64,000 nucleotides of DNA from an uncultured Acidobacteriota bacterium (GTDB lineage: Bacteria; Acidobacteriota; Thermoanaerobaculia; Multivoradales; UBA5704), in contig OY969474.1 in NCBI GenBank assembly GCA_963700145.1, positions 3,520,001-3,584,000 of the forward strand, in the 5' to 3' direction. The translations under genes and the position numbers were made by a program. Each line of letters begins with the position of its first letter. The first letter of the stretch is position 1. The notes under the pieces were generated by a model, which was not told the DNA's origin, ran no database searches, and worked only from the letters and a program-made list of their open reading frames with translations. Of this stretch, positions 56,871 through 64,000 are shown piece after piece.

Positions 56871-57101
56871 CCTCCGAGATAAGTCTCCGAGCCCTGAAGA
56901 TGAATCTCGGACTGCCCAAGATAGATCTTCAGCTATGAGAGATTGATTTCCCGGTCCCGGAGATAGATCTCGGTACATAGAAGATCTATCCCAGACCCTC
57001 CAAGATCTATCCCAGAGCCTCCAAGATTTATCCCGGCGTCCCCAAGATAAATCTCGGGCTCCCCAAGATAATCCTCGAGGACCTCCAGAAACTGCCCGGC
57101 T
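56871..57101. repeat. 21-bp-period tandem array C (core AGATnnATCY)
   Basis: About 11 units in strict phase, e.g. CCTCCAAGATCTATCCCAGAG, CCTCCAAGATTTATCCCGGCG, TCCCCAAGATAAATCTCGGGC. Confidence 0.88.
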
Positions 57102-57340
57102 CGCCACAAATCGTTCCGAGAGAAGGCGTTACGGGCGGCTACTCCTCCGAGCGGTCTTCCGGGCCGCCCACCGGAATGTCCTCCGGCTGGATCCACTCGA
57201 CCCGCCCGTCCCGCCACACCGCGATAGGGTTCCCCGCCTGCTTGTGCCGCAGCAGCGCCTCGCGCACGGACCTCGCAAGGATCTCTTGGATGCGGTAGGG
57301 ATCAAAGATCCTCTCAACTTCGTCGGGATCTACGTCGTTG

Positions 57341-58799
57341 GGGGTTGTCCCTCCCGCTGTTGAAAGAGCAATGAGGTGAAGGCGGCTCCTCGGCCCACCT
57401 GATCGAGAATCGGGTTGGTCGAATAACCGGCCCCGCCAGGGGGCCAAGGAGCCGTGATGAAGACGAGAGCAGAAAGGCGGGTGGTGTGGCAAGGGGGCCG
57501 TGCGGCGCGCATCAGCCACGGGCTACAAGCGCTGCTGCGGCCGATGGTCGAGGGCATCGAGGCCAGCCGCCAGGGGCTGCTGGAGCTGTTTCACGCCGCG
57601 GGCGTCGAGGCCCTGGGGCGGCAGCTCGCGGACGAGGTCGAGGCCGTCGTCGGTCCGAAGCGTCGGCGCAATCCGACCCGCGAGGCGTACCGCTGGGGCT
57701 CGACGGCGAGCGAGTTCGTGCTGGGTGGCCGCCAGGTGGCGCTGCCGCGACCGCGCGTCCGGCGACGCGACGGTGGCGAGATGAGCTTGCCTTCGGTGCG
57801 CGCCTTTCAGGACGAAGATCCCTTCACGGAGCGGGTGATCGAGCAGGCGCTGGTCGGCGTCTCGCAGCGCCGCTACGGTCGGAGCTTGGAGCCGCTCGCA
57901 GAGTCGGTGCCGGAGCGCGCGACGAGCAAGAGTGCGGTCCAGCGCCGGCTGGTGGCGGGGACGCGTCGTCTGCTGGGCGCGTGGCTGCGCCGAGACCTGT
58001 CGGACTTCCAGCCCCTGATCCTGATGATCGACGGGCTGGAGGTGGCCGGCCACACCCTGGTGGTGGCACTCGGCATCGCGCGCGACGGGACCAAGCGGGT
58101 GCTCGGCCTGCGTGAAGGCGCGACGGAGAACGCGGCGCTCTGTACCGGCCTGCTCCAGGAGCTGTTGGAGCGAGGCCTCGCGATGCCGCCGCGCTTCTTG
58201 GCGGTGCTCGACGGCGGCAAGGGGCTGCGCAAGGCCGTGCGCGCCGTCTTCGGGGACGCAACCCACGTCCAGCGCTGCCAGCTCCACAAGCGCCGCAACG
58301 TCCGCGACCACCTGCCCAAGCAGCTCCAAGCCCGGGTCGACCGCCTGATGGTCGAGGCCTACCAGAGCGCTCGCTTCGACCTCGCCAAGCGTCGCCTCGA
58401 GCAGCTTGCCCGCTGGCTCGAGCACGCAGGCCACGCGGGCGCCGCGGGCAGCCTGCGCGAGGGCCTCGACGAGACCCTCACCGCCTTGCGGCTGAAGCTG
58501 CCCGACGCTCTGCGCCGGTTGCTCGCCTCGACCAACGCGATCGAGAACACGATCGGCTCGATCCGTACGACGACGCGCAACGTCAAGCGCTGGCGCGGCG
58601 GCGACATGGTGCTGCGCTGGGTCGCCCTGGCGCTGTGTGACGCGGAGGCTGGCTTCCGGCGTGTCAAGGGACATCGGCACCTCGGGGCTCTCGAGCTCGC
58701 GCTCGCGGCGATCGAGGAACCGACGAACACCAAGGCCGTGGCATGATCAACCGAGCCGCTTTCCCTCTTTCGGCTTTCAACAGGGAACGGGGCATCCCC
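57341..58799 (+). mobile_element. IS256-family insertion sequence, copy 2, with 9-bp target-site duplication
   Basis: Same terminal IRs as copy 1; ACGTCGTTG duplicated at 57332-57340 and 58800-58808. Confidence 0.95.
57454..58746 (+). CDS. IS256-family DDE transposase
   Basis: Translation identical to 53083..54375. Confidence 0.93.
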   Translation: MMKTRAERRVVWQGGRAARISHGLQALLRPMVEGIEASRQGLLELFHAAGVEALGRQLADEVEAVVGPKRRRNPTREAYRWGSTASEFVLGGRQVALPRPRVRRRDGGEMSLPSVRAFQDEDPFTERVIEQALVGVSQRRYGRSLEPLAESVPERATSKSAVQRRLVAGTRRLLGAWLRRDLSDFQPLILMIDGLEVAGHTLVVALGIARDGTKRVLGLREGATENAALCTGLLQELLERGLAMPPRFLAVLDGGKGLRKAVRAVFGDATHVQRCQLHKRRNVRDHLPKQLQARVDRLMVEAYQSARFDLAKRRLEQLARWLEHAGHAGAAGSLREGLDETLTALRLKLPDALRRLLASTNAIENTIGSIRTTTRNVKRWRGGDMVLRWVALALCDAEAGFRRVKGHRHLGALELALAAIEEPTNTKAVA

Positions 58800-59348
58800 A
58801 CGTCGTTGTCGCGCCCCGCCGGAGCGTGCTCGCCACCCTTCTCCTGCGGTCCAGCAAGCTCTTGCTGTGCCCGGGCCAAGGCCTCGTCCCAGACCTGTTG
58901 GTCTCCTACCTCCTCGAGGATCATGACCGCAATCGCATCTTGGTCTGCGGGTGGAAGCTTCTCTGCGGCCTGCAGTGCCTGCTGCAGAAGAGGAGTCATT
59001 GGCCGCCAGAATACAGCCTCAATGCCCCAGGAGGGCAGCACCTATCTCTGCCGTCCACCAGTCCCGAGTCTGCCGATACGGTCTTCCGGAGTGGAGACCA
59101 ATGACTTCGCGCCATTTGGTACTCTGGAAACAACGATGCGTAAGAAGGCCTCTGCGGCAGTGGAACCGAAGCCGCCGTGAGACCGTTCGCGACGCTCTTC
59201 TTGCGCAGCCTGTCGCCCCGGAATGGCCGGTCGTCCCAACTGCCACCGCAGCCTTGGCGCGACTTGGTAGCCAATCTGTGCTTCTGCTCCAACCCTGCTC
59301 GAGCGCACTGCGACCTAATCCTGTTTCACGAGAAGAGGGAGTGGCAAG

Positions 59349-61790
59349 ATGAACATCGTTAAGAAGTTCAAAGATAGTGGCGCCACTTCCGAGGCTAAGG
59401 TCACTGTGGACATAAGCTACGACATCATCCGGCACGTGTCGGCGCAGCTCTACACGAGCCCCCGGAAAGCCATTGAAGAGCTAGTCTGCAACTCTTATGA
59501 CGCTGGCGCTTCCGAGTGCCATGTCACCGTGCCGCTACTCACCAAGGACCCCCTGCTCGTACTTGACAATGGCAAGTCGATGGATGTCCACGGCCTGCAC
59601 GGTTTATGGCAGGTCGCTAGCAGCCCAAAGGCGGTTCCGGACGGTCAGCCCAGAATTGCCAATCGCCGCATGCAAATAGGAAAGTTCGGGGTCGGAAAGC
59701 TCGCAGCTTTTGCTCTTGGAAGCAGTCTAACCCATGTCGCCTGCGTCAAGGGCGCTGTACGAATGATTTCAGTTAACCAAAGCCAGATTAGAGACAAGGC
59801 GCACGGAAGGCGGCCAACTTTCGACGTTTTCAACCTTCCGATGTCCAAGGCGAGGCCGCTTCTCGAAAATCTCTTAGCGGACCTTCCCAAGCCGTGGGAC
59901 CGAGGCTGGCCAACCTGGACTCTCGCGATGGTAGACAATATCGAAGAAGGCGCGATAGCGCAGTCGTTGAAGATTGGAATCCTGCGGCGCATGATTGCTT
60001 CGGCGCTCCCGATATCCTCGAAATTCAAAATATTCTTGCAAAAGGATCTCGTGCCCCTTCGAGAACTGGACCCCGAAAGCATCGAGGTCACCGTCAACGT
60101 ACTGGACAAGGCGTTCCGCGAGGTTCTCACCGCCTCACTGCGAGAGTACTGGGCGGAACGGCTTGGCGAAGCTCCAGAGGCGATCCCCACTGATCTCTAC
60201 ACCCTTCAAGTAGTGAAGGTTCCTGACCCAGAGAATGTTACGCGGCGCGTTACGGCGTTACATGTGCCAGACCTAGGAGCAATCTTTGGAAAGGCAGTCT
60301 CCACAAAGACTTCGCTCACTACGGATAAGCTAGAAGGGCGTGGCTACTCAAACAATGGCTTCGCGGTAACTGCGTATGGGAAGCTGATCAATCCGGAGGA
60401 CCCTCTCTTCGGGGTGACCCAGCGCAGTCACAAATACTGGAGCCGGTTTCTGGCGCGGGTGGAAATGCCGGGCCTCGATAAGGTTCTGTTGGTGCAACGG
60501 AATGCCGTCTCTGAAAACTCCCCCGAGGCCCAACTTGCCCGCGAGGTGCTCCGGTCGCTTTTCAATTACACCAGGACTCTTGTCGAAGCACACGAAGACA
60601 GCGACCAGTACGATCCCGGTTCCTTTGGTAAGCGGTTGGCGACGTCTTCACCAATCCTGGCACAAGCCGCCCTCAAGGGACTCTTTGAAGGTCCCGTCGG
60701 GCCAGACGATCTCCTCAAACTCTCGATCGAATTCGCCACGCTCGGCACATCCGGTCCTCCTGCCACACTGGACGCCGACTCAAGGACTCTCTTCGTCAAT
60801 GAAGACCATCCTCTTCTGGCCGCCATGGACCATCTCGGTGCCCTCTCTAAACAGATGCGCCGGGTCATCGGCGAGGTGCTCGGCGGGATTGAAGTTGGCA
60901 AGGGATATCTTCGCGCCCGCAGAGTGCCGGAGATTGTAATCACCGAGACAAGTGAGCTTCTTGATGCCTCTCAGCGGAGCGCCGCTGACTTCGTACGCGA
61001 TACCGCCGAGCAACACATTGCTGAGATTTATGACGCCTCCTTTGGCGGTAAGGAGCCTTTCGAGAAGGCGGTGGTTGAGGCCTTCCGCAGCCTGCGCTTG
61101 GCTGCCCACCATTATGGCAAGCCGGACCAACCCGACGGCATCATTGAAATTCCTCGATCTGGCGAGGGCAACCTTCGTATCTCAGTCGAGGCCAAGGGCA
61201 GCCACGGCCTGATCACTCATAAGGAGTTAAGTGAAGCAACGATCAGCCGCCACAGCGGTGACCATGCCTGCCAGCACGCCATTGCGATTGCCCGCGAGTT
61301 CGCCAAGGCGGGCCGCGCTGGCAAAGACAGTGCTCTCCTCCGGGAAACGAAGGGTAAGGTTCCTCTTCTTACGGTAGACGGCATTGCTCACATGCTTCGC
61401 TTGCATAAACGTCGGAACTTCACTTACGACAAGATCGCTCGGATTCTGACGACGTGGACCCATCCAGATGATCTCGTCCGGTTCATTGAGGAGATCTGGC
61501 GCGAACTGCCTGAGCTTGGCCTTATGCGCTTGATCCTCACCGTAGCGCACGACCTCATCACGCAGGACTCCACTAACCTCCCTGAGGTGGGGATGATTCT
61601 CGCAGACCCACGCATCCGCAAGAAGAAGGTCAAGAGAGAGGATGTTGTTACTGTTCTCGAGGCTGTTCAGATTACGACGAGGATGATTACAATCATCGAT
61701 CCGAGTGCTCACCGCTTCGAGCTGAACGCCCCCGTCCAGACAATTCTGGAGGCGATGCAGGTGGAAGGACTCTCCGATAGTTCGCACTGA
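59349..61790 (+). CDS. GHKL (MORC/Hsp90-like) ATPase fused to a PD-(D/E)xK restriction-endonuclease-like domain
   Basis: EELVCNSYDA, DNGKSM and GKFGVGK Bergerat-fold motifs; C-terminal FEKAV.EAF...QPDGII...VEAK nuclease motif; codon usage unlike host genes. Confidence 0.82.
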   Translation: MNIVKKFKDSGATSEAKVTVDISYDIIRHVSAQLYTSPRKAIEELVCNSYDAGASECHVTVPLLTKDPLLVLDNGKSMDVHGLHGLWQVASSPKAVPDGQPRIANRRMQIGKFGVGKLAAFALGSSLTHVACVKGAVRMISVNQSQIRDKAHGRRPTFDVFNLPMSKARPLLENLLADLPKPWDRGWPTWTLAMVDNIEEGAIAQSLKIGILRRMIASALPISSKFKIFLQKDLVPLRELDPESIEVTVNVLDKAFREVLTASLREYWAERLGEAPEAIPTDLYTLQVVKVPDPENVTRRVTALHVPDLGAIFGKAVSTKTSLTTDKLEGRGYSNNGFAVTAYGKLINPEDPLFGVTQRSHKYWSRFLARVEMPGLDKVLLVQRNAVSENSPEAQLAREVLRSLFNYTRTLVEAHEDSDQYDPGSFGKRLATSSPILAQAALKGLFEGPVGPDDLLKLSIEFATLGTSGPPATLDADSRTLFVNEDHPLLAAMDHLGALSKQMRRVIGEVLGGIEVGKGYLRARRVPEIVITETSELLDASQRSAADFVRDTAEQHIAEIYDASFGGKEPFEKAVVEAFRSLRLAAHHYGKPDQPDGIIEIPRSGEGNLRISVEAKGSHGLITHKELSEATISRHSGDHACQHAIAIAREFAKAGRAGKDSALLRETKGKVPLLTVDGIAHMLRLHKRRNFTYDKIARILTTWTHPDDLVRFIEEIWRELPELGLMRLILTVAHDLITQDSTNLPEVGMILADPRIRKKKVKREDVVTVLEAVQITTRMITIIDPSAHRFELNAPVQTILEAMQVEGLSDSSH

Positions 61791-61796
61791 GGGCTT

Positions 61797-63170
61797 ATGC
61801 AAGATTCCGAACCCCGCCCCCCTAGTTGCGACTTGGCTGTCACGCCCTTGTGTCCCTCGGCGTTGTTGGGATGGGATGATTCTCATGGTCATCGCTTTAC
61901 TCATGACTTGTTCAAATTCCCCGGCAAATTTCACCCACCGATTGTCGAGAACATCCTTAAGCGCCTCTGCCCGCGCACCGTGATCGATCCGATGGCGGGC
62001 GTTGGCACCGTATCTGTTGAGGCGAAGGCCGCGGGAATAGCGTCGCTCTCCATTGACGTCGATCCAGTCAGCGTCTTCATAGCCCGTGCTAAGACGACTC
62101 CCATCTCGCGCGCGGCTCTTGAAGATGCCTGGAGTGACTTTCAACCGGTCCTCCGACGGATCCGGAGGTCCGCAAGAGAGATTGAGCGCCTGCGATTCGA
62201 GGATATTGCTCTAGCCACGATGCGCAGGCGCCTGGCTACGAACGGCCACAGGGGACTTGCTTCCCTCCAGTACTGGTTTCGTCGGTATGTTCTCGCCGAT
62301 TTTGCCCTCCTCGATCACTCGATTTGGAACGGCGGGTTGGAACGGCGTGGAGCGGTAGTGCGCCGGTTTTTCAAGGCCTGCCTGCTGAGCGCGGTGAGGC
62401 GTATCAGCAATGCAGATCCGTATCCAGTTAGCGGCCTGGAGATAACGAAGCATATGCGGGAGAGGCTTACTCATGGATACGTCATCGACGTTGCGAGCGA
62501 GTTCGAGCGCCGAGTGCTTCTCAATATTGAGCGAATGGCGGCATTCTATCAATACCTCGAGGAGCGTCGACAGCTAGGTACGCCGGTTCAGATAATTCAG
62601 GCTGATTGCATCAGACTCGTGCAGATCAAGGAGCGGTGGGCCCCTGAGGTGGATCTCATACTATTTTCGCCACCGTACTGCAACGCCATCGAGTACTGGC
62701 GGCGGCATCGGCTTGAGTATTTCCTGGGAGGGTTCCTTACCCCGGATGCCATTCCGGAAATTCAGAGGCGTTTCATAGGTCGACGCACGATCGGCCGTCG
62801 CTCGGCCGAAAGGCCACCATCTCTCAACCAGAAGCAGATAGACCTGCAAATCAAGTCTCTGCATGAAGAAGGACGTCGGGAAAAGGCATGGCAACTTTGG
62901 AATTACTTTCACGACATGGGTTTACGGCTAGAGGTGTTCTGCGAAACTCTGCGCGCGGGTGGCGTGGCGGTTCTCGTCGTCGGTGACAGCCACACCGGTG
63001 GACACAGAATTCCGACAGCGGCCATTCTGCAGGACCTAGCCGAGAAGAAGGGTTTCGCGGTTGAGACTACTGCTTGTTACTCGATCATGAACCGCTCAAT
63101 GCAGTATCCCCTGAAGGAAGGCTCCGCGAAGATTGCGGACGAGACCATCGTCGTTCTGCGCAAACCGTAG
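61797..63170 (+). CDS. Amino-DNA methyltransferase (SPPY, probably N4-cytosine)
   Basis: H.LFKFPGKF.P, DPMAGVGT (motif I), IDVDP, FSPPY (motif IV) and LRAGG...LVVGD; starts 6 bp after the ATPase-nuclease. Confidence 0.88.
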   Translation: MQDSEPRPPSCDLAVTPLCPSALLGWDDSHGHRFTHDLFKFPGKFHPPIVENILKRLCPRTVIDPMAGVGTVSVEAKAAGIASLSIDVDPVSVFIARAKTTPISRAALEDAWSDFQPVLRRIRRSAREIERLRFEDIALATMRRRLATNGHRGLASLQYWFRRYVLADFALLDHSIWNGGLERRGAVVRRFFKACLLSAVRRISNADPYPVSGLEITKHMRERLTHGYVIDVASEFERRVLLNIERMAAFYQYLEERRQLGTPVQIIQADCIRLVQIKERWAPEVDLILFSPPYCNAIEYWRRHRLEYFLGGFLTPDAIPEIQRRFIGRRTIGRRSAERPPSLNQKQIDLQIKSLHEEGRREKAWQLWNYFHDMGLRLEVFCETLRAGGVAVLVVGDSHTGGHRIPTAAILQDLAEKKGFAVETTACYSIMNRSMQYPLKEGSAKIADETIVVLRKP

Positions 63171-63316
63171 GAGAGGTTCGGAGTCGAGCCTGCGCAGCAA
63201 CGGCTCTGTGCGGATCGGGAGTGCCTGGCGGCGGGGGTGCGGGAAGTTTCGGTTGGACTCCGCAGTGAGCGAAGCTCTGTCGAATGAAGTAGTTGTCTCA
63301 TTCCGCCAAGCGCCGC

Positions 63317-63526
63317 GGGAAATGCCGCGGGCGTTCCGGAGAATGCCGCAGCCGCTGCGGGGAACCCCGCAGGCGGTGAGGAAAATGCCGCAGCGACCGC
63401 GGCGAATCTCGCAAGCGCTGGGGGAAATGCCGTCGTGGCCGGGGGAAATGCCTCAGCCGTTCCGGGAAACGCCGCAGCCGCCGTGGGAAATGCCTCCGCG
63501 GGTGCGGCGACGTCTCCGACGGCTCT
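63317..63526. repeat. 21-bp-period tandem array D (core GGGAAATGCCGC)
   Basis: About 10 in-phase units, e.g. GGGAAATGCCGCGGGCGTTCC, GGGAAATGCCTCAGCCGTTCC, GGGAAACGCCGCAGCCGCCGT. Confidence 0.85.
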
Positions 63527-63605
63527 TCAGCGAGGGATGGGACGGCGAATGGGATGGGTTGGCAGGAGCGTGGAACAGGTCCGGCCGCGACCGGGCGGCT
63601 CGGCC

Positions 63606-63772
63606 GGCGATTGGGCTGGGTACGCGGACGAATGGGACAGGTACACCGGCGATTGGGCTGGGTACGCCGGCGATTGGGACAGGTACGGCCGCGAATGGGA
63701 CAGGTACGCGCGCGAATGGGCTAGGTACAGCGGCGATTGGGACAGGTACGCGGCGTACCCAGCCCATTCGCG
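63606..63772. repeat. 21-bp-period tandem array E (core CGAWTGGGMYRGGTAC) with terminal inverted unit
   Basis: Seven well-conserved units at 63606-63752, then GCGTACCCAGCCCATTCGCG (reverse complement of a unit); two degenerate units from about 63544. Confidence 0.9.
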
Positions 63773-63908
63773 CGCGGACCCGCTCCAAACGGCCGCGCGG
63801 CTGCTCCGTCGCCGGCTGAAGCGGCGGGTTCGGCCGCCGACCCGGTCCATCCGCCGGCGCGGGCCGCCGGTTCGCCGGCCGAGGAGTTGTGAACGAGCGG
63901 GGAGAAGC

Positions 63909-63985
63909 TGGTGCAGCCAGGAGGAGTCGAACCCCCAACCTACAGATCCGTAGTCTGTCGCTCTATCCAGTTGAGCTATGGCTGC
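63909..63985 (-). tRNA. tRNA-Arg (anticodon ACG)
   Basis: GCAGCCATAGCTCAACTGGATAGAGCGACAGACTACGGATCTGTAGGTTGGGGGTTCGACTCCTCCTGGCTGCACCA folds as a cloverleaf with encoded CCA. Confidence 0.97.
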
Positions 63986-64000
63986 ACGGTCGGACGCGCG

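Larger units (their letters stand above)
57139..58999 (-). pseudogene. Small antitoxin-like gene interrupted by IS256 copy 2 (about 130 aa when reconstructed)
   Basis: Removing the IS and one ACGTCGTTG copy joins MTPLLQQALQAAEKLPPADQDAIA...GRD-NDV to DPDEVERIF...REALLRHKQAGNPIAVWRDGRVEWI in frame. Confidence 0.8.

Noticed and set aside
53030-58799. A composite transposon inserted as a single unit
   Set aside because: The outer flanks share no target duplication, and copy 2 has its own 9-bp duplication inside a split gene, so it inserted independently.
63606-63772. 21-bp arrays as CRISPR arrays
   Set aside because: Units total only 21 bp, with no 25-45-nt unique spacers between identical repeats, and there are no cas genes in the window.
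51500-63900. Prophage or integrative conjugative element
   Set aside because: No integrase, structural, replication or conjugation genes were recognised, and no att direct repeat of the tRNA-Arg 3' end was seen.

Overview
A very GC-rich bacterial chromosomal segment. Its gene style suggests an Acidobacteriota/Thermoanaerobaculia-like diderm, but that is inference only. Positions 1-51 kb are mostly core and catabolic genes: mreC-mreD-mrdA-rodA-(inserted toxin-antitoxin genes)-rng, an LPS-kinase/glycoside-hydrolase fusion, HtrA, an amidohydrolase, ubiX and proC. Next come a purine-degradation cluster (xanthine dehydrogenase-type subunits, uricase, HIU hydrolase, an allantoicase-OHCU decarboxylase fusion, allantoinase), msrA, and a LacI-controlled glucan-utilisation operon (TonB receptor, GH144-like enzyme, ABC transporter, discoidin-GH, GH94, convergent GH1). 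A LysR/DUF5916 pair and an ABC exporter with a two-component system follow. From about 51.5 kb to tRNA-Arg(ACG) at 63.9 kb lies an accessory/defence island that begins at a decayed tRNA-Gly(CCC). It holds a stand-alone TIR protein, two apparently identical inverted IS256-family elements, broken and intact toxin-antitoxin genes, and a lower-GC MORC/GHKL-ATPase-nuclease plus N4/N6-methyltransferase pair. The three most notable observations are: (1) a MerB-like lyase split by an in-frame UGA at the catalytic Cys position and followed by a SECIS-like hairpin, probably a selenoprotein; (2) five intergenic arrays with a 21-bp period but unrelated consensus sequences; (3) the MORC-nuclease/methyltransferase defence candidate. 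All protein assignments come from motif recognition by eye; no database searches were run.
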